64,000 nt of DNA from Adineta vaga (GCA_021613535.1 CP075495.1:1488001-1552000); one strand, 5' to 3'. Positions 34,324 to 54,969 are shown, counted from the first letter of the stretch. Translations and numbers: made by a program. The notes: generated by a model from the letters alone, not told the origin.

Positions 34324-36433
34324 ATGTCGTCAGTATCATCATCATCAAAGATTTCATTAAAATCGACTTCATGTTCATCATTAGGATCAACTATATTGAA
34401 ATCGAAATTCATCTGGCGTTTTCCTCCATCAAAATTCGATTATCTACCTAGTTGTTCAATAGAACGTCTATTAACATATGATATTCAACCATTGACTAAT
34501 GATAATGAACTTATTCAACGACAAGATTTAGCTTTATTAATTTATGAACTTGCTTTACATATTAATGTGTAGGGAAACTATTGATTGAATGTTTGATTTA
34601 CTCGCTTTTTCTTTTCTTCTGAATAGAACGTTTACTTGTGTTTATACTGGTGTAGTTTATATGCATCGTTTTTTTATGTTACATCCATTTCAACAATGCG
34701 CAAAAGAAGTAAGAAAAAGTTTGTCTATCGATCGTATTATAACTTCATGTTCCAGATAGTAGCAGCTGCTTGCCTTTTTCTTGCCTGTAAAGTAAATGAA
34801 ATTCCACGACCATTAAATGAATTTACTCGACATTTATGTCAACTTCTAAAACAACGAAATCATCATATTCAATCAGCATTCATTACACGTGATAATATTT
34901 TACCAGAAGTTTGTTAAGAGATGAATCTTTTCCAAATATAAGACATTCAATATTCTTTGTTTTAGATTCTTTCAACTTATAATCAACAAATAATTGATTA
35001 TGAAAATATGCTTTTATCTACTCTTGGTTTGTTTTGTTTTATTTCTCTCGAAAAAAGAATTATTCTATTCATTGATATCTAGGTTTTTGTCTTAATGTTG
35101 ATCAACCATATCAAATCATAACGAAAACTGCTCAAACTTTAGCATGTAATCAATTTTTTCTTCTAAGAATTTGATTTGATCATGTAGTTTTTAGTGCCTA
35201 TGGAAATATCTCAAAAAGCTTATGAAATTGCTACAAAATCGTATGATGATCTTTCTCTCTTTAAAATGAAATCGTTAATTTTGTATTCTAGAATCTTTTT
35301 CACTCGTTTTTCTTTGAAATATACAACGAATTTACTTGCCTGTTTTGCTCTTCATTTTGCTCTCAAATCATCTCAATTCAATGTTTGTTATCATCCGTTT
35401 TGGATTCAATCTTAAAATTCTTTACAATTGATTTAGGTATCTGAGAACATTGATGGAAGTCAATGGTTTCATTTATTAAATGAAGAATTTACCGAGAAAT
35501 TATTACAAGGTAGGAAATATAGGATTTAATAAAGTTAATTTAATCGTGTGGAAATAGAACTTACTGATGAATATCAAGTAATTTGTGAAGAAAAATGTTC
35601 AAGATTATTTCAAGAACGTTTTGAACAACTTCGACAACAAAAAGTAAATGGTCTTCAATCCAAATCCAGTTCGAATTTCTTTTTTTCGATTTATTCCTTT
35701 TTTCATTCATTTTTCTTTGTATATAGATGGTGCTATCTCGTTTGATCCTTGTAGTGAATCCCAACATCATCCGATAGCAACAACTAGTGGATCGGTTCGA
35801 AGTACGATGCCGACTATTCCACAACAACAATCGAATTTCTATGAACAAGGTATTATTTCTTTGCTTTTTTCATTGTTGATTTATATTTTGATTGGTATGA
35901 TATAGGATCGATGGAAATTCTTCACCATACACCAAATCGATCATCTTTAATAAATATATCTCATAATACTTCATCACCAACGACAATATTTCAATCACCA
36001 CAAGAGAATTCAACTAGTTTTCTCGGACCACATCGTATTGAAATCATCAGAGATGAAGATATTCTAAATTTTGTCATTCATTGTTTTAGATTCAAATAAT
36101 TCTTTAATTCCACAATCATCAGCTAAACCAATTCCAACATTAATGTCTTCAAATTCCTATTACAATTCTCTTGGATCACGTCATCATTCACGATTTTCTG
36201 GACCTATCTTTGAATATCCTTCTCCATCTTCAACACAACGTGTTTATCATCCTCCACTTCCTCAACATTATCCTCAACCATATCCTTCCTACTATTCTCA
36301 ACAACAAACACCACTTTTCTACCATCCACCTCAAGATTCACTAAATCTTCATAATAAACGCTATGGTGAACCACCTGCTCCACCGATGAAACGTTTTCGT
36401 TACAGTTTAAATCCAGCTCAACAACATTACTAA
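34324..36433 (+). CDS. Cyclin T/K-like transcriptional cyclin with low-complexity Pro/Ser/Gln tail
   Basis: Spliced: WRFPPS..RQDLALLIYELALHINV|TFTCVYTGVVYMHRFFMLHPF|IVAAACLFLACKVNEIPRPL..YENMLLSTLG|FCLNVDQPY; about 10 exons. Confidence 0.85.
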
Positions 36434-36799
36434 AATAAATTGTCAAATAGAAAGTATTGTATAGACCGGTGCTCTTTTCTTTGTTCTTTCTTATGCATGT
36501 TGTATGTGTTTTTTCTCGTTGATTGTTATTTCTCTCTCTCTTTCTCTCTTTTTTTCTTCTTGTGATAGATTGTATTTGATTATGATTGTATGAAATAGAT
36601 ATACGAAAAATATATTTATGAAAAGCATATCTCACTGATCTGAATTAGACTAAATCCTTTACCTTTAACTTACTTACATATCGTATACAATTTATCTCAT
36701 CATTTCTAGTCGATATTTAGACAATTACTCGTTTAATCCTTTTGTTATGTTGTTGTTTTGTATTTCATTTTTATTAGTTGATAATCAGAATCAAGAAAA

Positions 36800-38020
36800 A
36801 TGTTTCGTTGTTCGTTGAGTATTTGTATTTTACTTATTTCTATGGTTTATTCTTATCCTTCGGATAATTTTAATATTGATGGAACGACTAACAATGGTTG
36901 GGAGTTTGTTCATGATTTATTCAAAGAAAATTTCATCAAACAACGAGATTTAGGAGCGTCGTTAGCTATTTATCATCAAGGTGAAGTAGTTGTAGATCTA
37001 TGGGGAGGATGGTTTGATCGTTCACATACGAAATCATATGATAACAATACATTACAATTAGTCTTTTCAAGTACAAAAGGTGTTGTTGCTATTGCTGCTG
37101 CTCTTTGTGTCCAACGAGGATTATTAGATTATTCTGAATTAGTAACAAAATATTGGCCGGAATATGGAAAATATGGTAAAGAAAATACAACAGTTGCAGA
37201 TATTCTTTCACATCGTGCTGGTTTACCATCAGTTGAAACTCCACCGGAACAAACTATTAACTGGACAGCAATGATACATATCTTGGAAAATTCAACTCCT
37301 CAATGGCGTCCAGGAACTGCTTTTAGTTATCATGCACTTACATATGGATGGTTAGCTGGTGAACTTATACGACGTGTTGATCCAAAGAAAAGATCAGTTG
37401 GACAATTTGTTCAAGATGAAATTGCACGTCCATTAGAACTTGAAATTTATATTGGTATACCATCAGAACAAAATCATCGTGTATCTCCACTGGGTTTTGA
37501 TTCTGAAACTCTTTCATCATTGAATGAAACAATGCAAACATTATTTACAATGTACAATTCTCCTGCTCTTCATGCAGCTGAAATACCTGCAGCAAATGGA
37601 ATAACAAATGCGCGATCATTAGCTCGATTGTATGCATCACTTTTGACTGATTTGAATAATGGTAAATATAAACGATTATTAAATGAAGACATATTAAAAC
37701 AAGCAATAAAATCAAATACACATGAAGGTGAACTTGATTTTTTTTCAAATATATCGCTGCCATTTGGTATGGGTTTTATGCTTCTTGATCAAGCAATTCC
37801 ATCCTTCAAATCCCAAATATTCGGTCATCCAGGTAAAAACCTGTCAGATACGAATTTGTTCTTCTATTATTTTAATTAAGGCGCTGGTGGTAGTATTGGT
37901 TTCGCTGTACCTGCAAAAAATCTTTCATTTGCATTTGTTATGAATCAACTCGATGTTAATTCTGTTGACTATCCTCGAATACAAACAATTTTAAAAGAAG
38001 TCGCTGAGAAAATCCAATAA
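36800..38020 (+). CDS. Secreted beta-lactamase-family (class C-like/family VIII esterase) serine hydrolase
   Basis: Signal peptide; GASLAIYHQGEVVVDLWGG, FSSTKG (SxxK), ILSHRAGL, YHALTYGWL, AEIPAANG, FGHPG|AGGS. One intron 37833-37880. Confidence 0.92.
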
Positions 38021-38195
38021 AGTTTCTTCTTTTGTTCAGCAATAATAAATTTTCGATCGAAATTAACTTTTCAAACAAAAAAAGTACTATCAATCTCTAT
38101 TTAATCACTATCAGTGATTGAATTCAAAGTTCAAATCGATCAAGTATTGTTTACAATACAAAAACAAAATGCTTGCTAACATCTAGTTCAATTGT

Positions 38196-39657
38196 TCATT
38201 CACGAAAAAGTCGCGTTTCAAATGCCGTTAAACCAATACTAAAAGCTTGAACGAATGAAAGTGGATATCGAAAATCACATGAAAAAATCTTGTCAGACAT
38301 TCGACCGAATTCCATCACTTTGTGTTCATCATCTACATGACAAAAACAAAACTCATTTACATGTATATGAAAATATTCTTACTATTGTTATCTAAGATAA
38401 ACAATTGAAAGTTTTTAACCGATGGAATGGTAATACGATTGATTCCATCGAAACGAATTACATAAGAACCATTTTCTATGAAAGAAGAGAAAAAGAATCT
38501 GAAATCCATGAGTGATGATTATAGAGCATCTTACCTGAACTCCAAACAGGTGCTGTATTATATAAATGAACAAATGAATCATCGGGTTCTTCGGACGAAA
38601 ATTCTTGAATTTCATCATCTTTCTAAAGATAAATTTCAACAACAGACATTTAATCAGTGTATTCATACAAATAATGGTTGCATTTCAGGATCTACTTTTG
38701 GTAGAAGTACATTGGTTCTTCTTGGTCCTTTCAAACCAAGAAAATTGCTTTCCTATAGATAAGAATAATATAATAGATGTAATAAACAACAAAAATTTCA
38801 TACATATAGAATAACAGCTAGTACTTCACGTTGATCATCGTTATCGTTGTATTTGTAGAGCATATATTCAGTTCCAGTCATATTTTTTGCTATTAATTCT
38901 GCCGAACATGAATTACAATCAAAACTTGAATCTAATGATATTAGATATTGTGATTGACCAAGTGTTTTTCGTACTTTTTCGGCCGTTAATAGAGTAATCT
39001 AAAGATTTGCATTCATGAACAAAAAAATTCAACAAAGTTTGAAATTACCGGTTCTTCATTGTTTTCGAATTCAATTTGAAAATAAAATATTTCAGATAAA
39101 AGTGATTTTTCACGAATCATTCGACATTGAAGATACTTTGTCATTTCTTTTGGAATAGCTGTGAAAATGAATTTATATGGATCCTGATGTAATAAATATA
39201 ATAGATCATCATAAGATTTCAAATAAGATGATTTCAATGAATCGGTAGACTAAATAATCAAATAATCAATCATTTAGAGTGTAAATTCAATTACGTACAA
39301 TTGTTTCAGATTGATTTTCTAGTGAGAATGTTGAACTAGGAATGTTTTTCGGTTGATCATTGTCAATCACAACTGGCGAATTCGATCGATACGATCCTAT
39401 AATTAAAAGTTGAATTTTTTTCTAAAGAATAATTGGTTTCTACCCGAATCAGAATCAAGAGGTTCTTCACATGCTCGAAGATCAGTAAAACCTTCTCCTT
39501 CTTCTTCATCGGTTTCTAATTGTTCATCATTGATTATATTTTGAAAGAATTGTTCCGACTGTGTCAAATGAACTTTAAAATCATTTTCTAAAAATGTATT
39601 TCGATGTTTTGAACGAATATAATCAATCGATCCATTTTCACAATCACTTTTATGCAT
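38196..39657 (-). CDS. Tubby-like protein (TULP)
   Basis: Spliced: ESNFLGLKGPRRTNVLLP, LYNTAPVWS, RITIPSVKNFQL, MEFGRMSDKIFSCDFRYPLSFVQAFSIGLTAFETRLFRE*. Confidence 0.88.
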
Positions 39658-39973
39658 GAAAATCTTCTTGAATTCGATTTATTTGTCTACAACTAACGAA
39701 CAAAAAAAAAACGAACTGTGAAATGCATATAACTGTTTCATGTCTGTGTTTATTTACGATCGGTTGCTTAGTTTAGAAAAATTGATCTTATTCTCATTAT
39801 CGAGTAAAGAAATGGAGAGAAAAAAGGTCTCAATGGTAGAAAAAGAAAGAAAAGAAATCATGAGCTGTTTAATTCGACTATAAAAACACATTCACCTATT
39901 TGATATCATTTCGAAAATAAATCACGAAGCTTGATGGAGAGTTTTTCCCTAGAAATAGGAATAGATTTTCTTT

Positions 39974-40130
39974 TATTTACCATTGATTATAACTCAAAAT
40001 TCTTTACATATATGACTCTGCTTATAGATTATATTTATGAGTAACAAACAAAGTTTAAAACTCTTTATGCATGAAAAATAATGACTAGAATTGTCATTTG
40101 TATTTGAAGTAAGTTGAATTAGACAGCTAC
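39974..40130 (+). repeat. Dispersed ~150-bp repeat, copy 3
   Basis: Matches 27643-27791 with small indels. Confidence 0.82.
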
Positions 40131-40264
40131 TTCCATTAAGAGATGTCACTATATTAGAGATGTATATGGTGCGAAGCAAGTAAATAGAAACCCAAAAGTG
40201 TGTGTGTGTGTGTTTGAAGACTCTTACCGTTTATCTATGTATCTTTCTATTTATTCTTATAACT

Positions 40265-40806
40265 ATGATAAAAGTTGCATGGATCGTTATTGTCTTCTTT
40301 CTTATTGTTTTTATTTATTCGAAACCGATTATGGAAAATAAAGATTATAATGTGAAAAGAAAAATTATCTATACTCCAGTAATGAATTCACTTCAAGTTA
40401 TTTCTTTCATTTTCTTTCGTTTTCTTTATAGGATGCTCCAGCACCTGTATCTCCATTCAATCAAGCAATTCAAATCAATTATATGTTATATCTCAGTGGT
40501 CAAATTGCAATCGATCCCAAAACTCAACATATAATATCAGGTGATATCCGTAATCAAACAAATCAAGTCTTACAAAATTTAAAAGCGGTTTTAACTGCCG
40601 CAGGATCATCAGTGAATCAAATAGCACATTGTTTAATAATGTTAACAAATATTGATAAAGATTATCAAATTGTTAATGAAATCTATTCTCAATGGTTTCC
40701 TTCATCTGACTATTATCCAGCTCGATCATCAATTGGTGTAGCGAAATTACCATTCAATGCAAGTGTTGCTATTGAATGTCAAGCTTATACAACAAAAGAA
40801 ATCTAA
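40265..40806 (+). CDS. RidA/YjgF/UK114 enamine-imine deaminase with a putative signal peptide
   Basis: Exons 40265-40378, 40432-40806. RKIIYTP|DAPAPVSPFNQA, LYLSGQIAIDP, QVLQNLKAVLTAAGSS, VNEIYSQWF, PARSS (catalytic Arg), LPFNASVAIEC. Confidence 0.9.
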
Positions 40807-40865
40807 AATACAAGTGACTATTTTTAAAACGTTTTTTTATATATGATACATTTGATCAAAATTTT

Positions 40866-42066
40866 TTATGCATGATTGTCTCTATCTCTTTCTGAACCAG
40901 TCGAGACGGCATTTCGAGATGGCCAAAGTTTATTTAACCAAATATTTCTTTGTGACGAACGATTTTCATTTGTTGACGGAAATGGTTGTTGTTGAATATC
41001 GGATTCTGTTTCACAGAGTGGTTGATGTGGATCACCTACACCATGGTCACCATTCATTTGACTGAGATAAGTTCCTAAGCTATCACTTAGTGGTTGATAA
41101 TTTTCAAAACAGTAAGCATTAATTTGTGCACCTAAGATGAGAATCGTTGCGAAATAATAGAAGAAAAGAATAAGAATCACTACAAAACCAATTTGTCCTA
41201 AAAGAAAAAACAACAAAAATTTTATACTTCATTCTCACAAATATCAAGTTTTTACCAGCATAATTATCCATAAATTGTGTGACATAGAGTGGAAACAATA
41301 TAATAAATATTTCAAGTGTACCAGCAGCAACTAATGCACCACACCATGTGATTTTAAATGACATTTTTTTGTTTGGTACAAGCAAATAAATAACTTCGAA
41401 TAGAATAAATGCAACGATTGTTGAAAACACTATTCCGGCAACATATGTTCCAAATTGACCACGGCCATCTGAAATAATACGCAATAAAGCTGTTGGAGCT
41501 GAACTAAGTGCTAGCATCACTGGAATAAGAAAAAGAAAAAGAAATAACATTCCAAAAGCCAACATATTCTGTCGAAGTAATGTTCGTTCAGGTAAACGAT
41601 AGATAATCGTCATACATTGATCGATAGTAATAAATAATCGTGAAGAACCAATTAATGCAAATATAATACCGATTGCTAAAATTAAACCAGCATCATTCGA
41701 TAATTGATTAAAAGCAAGATTAACAATCTAGAAAAATAAAAGAAGTGAATTGTTTTCATTGAAATTAATTCATCTTTGTTTTCTTACTTGTTCGATTCCA
41801 GATCGTGTCATATTATCTGTTGTAAAAGAATTAATAATTTTATTTTGAATATCTTGTCGAGCATCGGGATAATTGTTTAAAACTAAGCCTAATATTCCAA
41901 ATAACGCAACAGCCATAGGAAGAACTGCAACTAAGAGATTGTAAGCTAACATGCCAGCAAAATCCAATGACCAATCATTCATAAATTTACGGAAAAAATG
42001 ACGTATTGGTTTTGAATGGCGTTGACCACCACGATAGAAAGCTGTTGATCTTAATCGATTGAACAT
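40866..42066 (-). CDS. YihY/virulence factor BrkB-family multi-pass membrane protein (bacterial type)
   Basis: Exons 42066-41788, 41727-41256, 41197-40866. FFRKFMNDWSLDFAGMLAYNLL..LP, IYLLVPN..TWCGALVA, YAGQIGFVVILILFFYYFATILILGAQINA. Confidence 0.88.
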
Positions 42067-42482
42067 TTCGTATTTCGTGTTTGTATTCGATATCCAATTA
42101 TTACGTCTTTAATAAAGAAGAAATTATATGATTATGATTATGATTCAGAAAACGATATTTGATTTGAGAATACATAGGTTGACAAGTAAAAGAACGAAGA
42201 AAAGACCAAGATAGAAAGCGCTAGTAGGCGGTTATAGTTACATGAATGACAAAAGAAATGAATGAATGAATGAATGAATGAATGAATGAATAGAAGAATT
42301 GCGATTGATAAGAAAAAGACGTCATTTAAACAAAAGAAAATAAGCACAGCTTGATTTAAACCTGAATAAGAAAAGAGAAAAACAATGTAAATAAGTACGA
42401 ATAGTACAGATAAAAGAAGGATATGTATTATGAATTTTTATTTATTGCATCAAGTTTATCAAAAAGTCAATCAAAGAAAATT

Positions 42483-43469
42483 TTAACGACCGGGTGGTGG
42501 ACGAGGGGGTCATGGACCACCTGGACCTCCAGGACCTCCAGGACCTCCTGGACCTCCTGGACCACCAGGTCTACCACTTTCTGTTGATATAGCTTTTGGA
42601 TTGATACCAAGTGTAATATCACCTTTGACTGCACCTTTAATACCATTCGCAGTTAAAAATTGAACAGGTGTAATACTTGTTGATCCTTTTGTTTGTTGAA
42701 AGATTCCATCCTCGTTATTTCGTGTTCGACGTATCTTCTGCGATGTATATGGTGAAAGTTTAGCAACTTCATCAGTAAGAACATCACTGAAAAATATTTG
42801 ACCCGTATATGAAACATGTCCACCTTTAGCATAGATTGCTTCACCGATATTTGTTAAAGCAGTATCAACATGTACTTTAACATGCATATGAGTTGCTCTA
42901 CCACGATACCAACCTGGATAGACAGTATCGAAGATAGCGACACCCTGATTATTAGTAACGTTGTCCTAAAGATAGCAGAGAGATAATTGAAGAGGAAAGA
43001 AAGACAATATCTACCTCGGAAGAAAGTTGAATTGTCTGATTGTCCACCGAATTGACCAAGACTAGCAGCAATGAAATGAGAATAGAGACCTTCTGCATCA
43101 CAATGCCATAGATCAACAAGTGCTTTACTCAATGGTTTACAAGTCGTTGTATCCAAAACCGTAATAGCTAGACGAAATGGTACACCATTTCTACCTTCAC
43201 TAAAATTATTCAAAATACGTAACAATATTACATACTGAATAATTATTTACGTAATATCACGTCGAATCGTTGAATTCCAATAATATGGTCCTTCAGTAGA
43301 TTCCGGAGCAAGTGTACATGAATTAATTGCACGAGTACATCGTCGTACTATGAAATAGATTCCACTAGATAAAAATTCTTCGATATAAACTCGATTAAAT
43401 ACCTGATTCTTGTTCACAAAGAATTGTTGACACAACACAAAGTACAACTAGACAAATCTTATTCAACAT
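42483..43469 (-). pseudogene. Secreted intradiol ring-cleavage dioxygenase-like gene with a frameshift (~42960) and an in-frame TGA (42510-12); pseudogene or assembly error
   Basis: Four exons; signal peptide MLNKICLVVLCVVSTILC; CTLAPESTEGPYY, VDLWHCDAEGLYSH, YPGWYRGRATHMHVKVH (Tyr/Tyr/His/His Fe ligands), TGQIFF; (GGP)6 tail. The family call is firm; pseudogene status is not. Confidence 0.65.
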
Positions 43470-43879
43470 ATCTAACGAACACACTCTTTATTTACCAGTA
43501 ATTGTTAGAATAATATACTGATTTATTAACTGATTCTATATATATACTTGACAATGTACGCAAAGTATCAATGTACTTTTTTCGAATATACAGATTTATC
43601 ATATCTTCAACTCGTCTTACCTCTAATCTTTATTAAATAGCGGCTATACTTTTGTAAAGGACATAGTTGATATAAAAGCAAGTAAATATTTTTGGTTCCT
43701 ATACTGTAACAATAGAAAGTACAAACACGCCCAGAATTTTATATAGTTTGAAAGATTAATTCTAATCTATTGATTATATTTATGCGAATAAAGTACCTAT
43801 GAGTAATATTTTAATGAACTTTTCTTTTATAGATCGATGATATGATGACGAAAGCATAATTATTTCTAATTTTATTCGA

Positions 43880-43965
43880 TAGATGTCGCTTATATACTAT
43901 TGTACTATAAACTAGAGGTAGATCGGTACACTTCTATTGATCCTATGTTACTAACCTATAATAAA
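43880..43965. repeat. ~85-bp repeated module (TAGATGTC[G/A]CT...TAGAGGTA..ACTTCTATTGATC..TAACCTATAATAAA), copy 1
   Basis: Second copy at 53268-53353 with nearly the same internal spacing (33 vs 34 bp). Confidence 0.65.
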
Positions 43966-44033
43966 CAAACTAACGATGGTATTCCCTAGAATTCACCACT
44001 GAGTCAATTTACAAAATTCTAATTTTGTTTGAA

Positions 44034-44860
44034 ATGTTAGCTCGAACTTTCTTCAATCAACTATTTCTTTTCAAACCTTCACAGATACATTTAACAACAT
44101 TAGCTAATCGTTCAATAACCACTGCTGCTCGTGTAAATTCTCTACTAAATTTCTTCGAATAAATACTTTCTATTATCAATCTTTAGTTAAAAAAACAATT
44201 GAACATTGCTCCTATACCTCGACCAAAAATTGAACGACCAATTGGTAGTGATGAACTTTATAAACGTATATGTGTTGAAGTTCGTGGACATGATCCTGCT
44301 GTTTTAGAAAGTTATGAAAAATTCGTTCGTCAAGTATCAACAGAACTTGATATTCAACTTATAAATGTGTAAATCATTTCTTTATCTTGAATGTTTTTTT
44401 TAATATAAAAACGACGAAATATTTTTCCTTGTAGAGAAAATCCACAGTTTTTTACTGAACGATGGACATTACTTCGTTCAAAATTTGCTAAGAAGAAATA
44501 TTGGCGTGAATATGAAATTCGAACATATTATAAAAAATTTCATGTAAAATTCTTTTTCTTATAACAAATTTCGATGATATCTTCGTTTCATTAGTTTAAA
44601 CATCTAACTGGTTCAACTGCAAGTACATTTCTTGAGTATGTTCAACGAAATTTACCTGAAGGAATTATGATGATTGTTGAACGAGTAAGATATGACATAT
44701 GAAAGCTTTTGATTAAATATTGATTTTTTGATAATAATAAAGAAAGAACGAATTCTTTTCTTTTCTTTTCTCTTTATAGACTCGTTTGGAACCATTCGCA
44801 GAGAAATTGGTACCACCATCATCATCTGAAACAAATACTGATCAACAGAAAATGTCTTGA
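44034..44860 (+). CDS. MRPS10: Mitochondrial ribosomal protein S10 (uS10m)
   Basis: Five exons, missed by the ORF track. Transit-like N-terminus; [58 protein letters not shown]. Confidence 0.93.
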
Positions 44861-45165
44861 TATTGAACGTTTTTAGAAATGATGTTATTGTTAGTTTAAA
44901 TAAAGAAAAATACATTTCTATAAATAATTTGCCTTTGATAAATCTCTTCAATTGACAGAAAAAAAATACATTAGAATAAAGCTATTTACATCAATCTTTG
45001 TTGGTTATATAAATTCGACTTTTTATGAATATAACCTTTTCATTGATATGCATTCTTTTCTTCTTTATCAACAAGTCATTTTATACAAAACACATTAATG
45101 TTGATCGATGAATTTATTTTCTAAAACGTATATATATATATACACATAATCGTTAATAGTTTATA

Positions 45166-53088
<7,923 letters not shown>

Positions 53089-53267
53089 CGAAAAATGAAT
53101 TCAATTCTAACTTCATATTTGTTTTTTTGTATCCTATCATATTATATAAGAGAAATAAATCCATGACAATTCTATTACACATATGTATCGAGTATACGAT
53201 AGATAATCCTAATGGAATTAGTCATTTGAATTTCTTGTTATTACAATACTTTCAAAATGTACTTCAT

Positions 53268-53353
53268 TAGATGTCACTCAAAGACTAGGATATCTTGAAT
53301 ATAGAGGTATGCACTAAACTTCTATTGATCACATATTGTTAACCTATAATAAA
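53268..53353. repeat. ~85-bp repeated module, copy 2
   Basis: Matches 43880-43965. Confidence 0.65.
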
Positions 53354-53533
53354 TAAGAAAATTAATCAAATCAAATATTATTCCAACTATTTCAACGAAT
53401 TCGACTAACCATTGAAATTCCATTCTGATTATGCATTGAGTAACTCATTGAAACTATATTATTAAAATCTAATATCACCGTTAACTATACGAAGAGAAAA
53501 TAAGTGTTCGTACGTTTTATATTTCTATTTCAG

Positions 53534-54913
53534 ATGGATTCTTATGATGATATTCTTTCATCTTTCGATGATCTACCACGTCTTGCTTGTCTTCTAAAAG
53601 AGAAAGGTCAATTGATACTACCTGATTCAATATTTCTTCAAATTGTTCAACATTTTCTTAATCAATCAGTATCAATTGAAGGACTTTCTGTTCAACGAAA
53701 TTTATATGGTCGAATACGATCATCATCATTAGTTGAAGATGAACTTAATCTTTTAGTATACAATATAAAACAATGTTTGAATTTGAATTCACAACAATTA
53801 ATCAAACCATTTCTTCAATATTTACATAATATACATCGTTTATTACCAAATGATTATCGTAATATCGCATATTTATGTTCCATTCTACTTCTTTCATATG
53901 ATAATAAAAATATCATTGCATGTATTCTATGTGCATATTTAGAAATGAATACATGGAATCATACAAGATATGATTTAATTATTAATGGTTTATATGAAAA
54001 TGAAGATAATGATGATGAAGATAATCTATGGATTGATCAATTAACAAAAATTCTTATTGATAAAGATAAACAATGGTTAAGAAAATATTATCTTGAAAAA
54101 GTTTATACAAAAGAACTTCTACATGCAATTGATACACATAATACTGAAACTATACTGAATATCGAAGCATTAAATCAACTAGAAGAAGAAGAAAAACAAC
54201 AAGTACAATCATCAACGATTGAGTAAGTTAAACATAAAGATTATCATATGTAACAGAAAAGAATGAAAATTATTTTATTTAGTTTAACTAATATATCATC
54301 TTTACATGATCTTCATTCCAAATTATCATCTTATGTTATCGATACTATTCCTATTCGATCTATTACTGAATCTTCACTCTATCATTTATTATCTTCATCA
54401 ACAAATTATCCTGATGATCTTCATTCATTATTTTCTTGTTTATTAATAACAATTATCAATCCAAATAATTATTCGAAATCAACACTTCGTTTATTTCGTC
54501 AATTAATTCTTCTAACAAATAATTATTATATACATCAACAAGATCTATTAGATGATAATCGTTATCGTTTAATTATTGTCTTTCTTGTTTCGAAATTACT
54601 CTGTGAACTTCATCGACGTCGTTCACAATCTGAACATGAATGGTATCAATTACATAAAGATATACCAAACAATCATCCATTACCGACATTTGATTTCTTC
54701 TCTGAACTTCTTAGTCTTTTAGCAACATTATGTTACAATCGTCTTGATTGTCAACAACAAGTTCAACAAGTTACAGGAACAATCGAAGCAATTCTATCAA
54801 TGACACAAATTGATCTTAATCAACCGAAAGCTCAAACATGTGTCGTTTGGTTATTGAAATGTTTAACAGAATTTAATGATGAAATTCGAAATTATATTAA
54901 ACAGATCAAATAG
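53534..54913 (+). CDS. ATXN10: Ataxin-10-like ARM-repeat protein
   Basis: Two exons (intron 54223-54282). C-terminus LLATLCYNRLDCQQQV..GTIEAILSMTQIDLNQPKAQTCVVWLLKCLTEFNDEIRNYI matches the ataxin-10 domain pattern. Confidence 0.72.
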
Positions 54914-54969
54914 AAAGAGAAAAAAAAACGTTGTTCATTGTTTTTGTTTTTGTTTTCTTTAAATTTTAG

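Noticed and set aside
36800-38020. Calling this an antibiotic-resistance beta-lactamase or bacterial contamination
   Set aside because: Motifs fit the broader esterase-like family; an intron and animal neighbours argue against contamination; activity cannot be inferred from sequence.
42257-42290. (AATG)n and other short microsatellites (e.g. TA ~21757, GT ~22414 and ~34035)
   Set aside because: Ordinary simple repeats with no further structure.
42510-42512. Selenocysteine recoding of the in-frame TGA
   Set aside because: It lies in a low-complexity Pro/Gly tail, not at a Cys-equivalent site, and I saw no SECIS-like element.
43348-43402. Apparent early stop in dioxygenase exon 2
   Set aside because: Using the acceptor at 43348 (55-nt intron) keeps the frame open.
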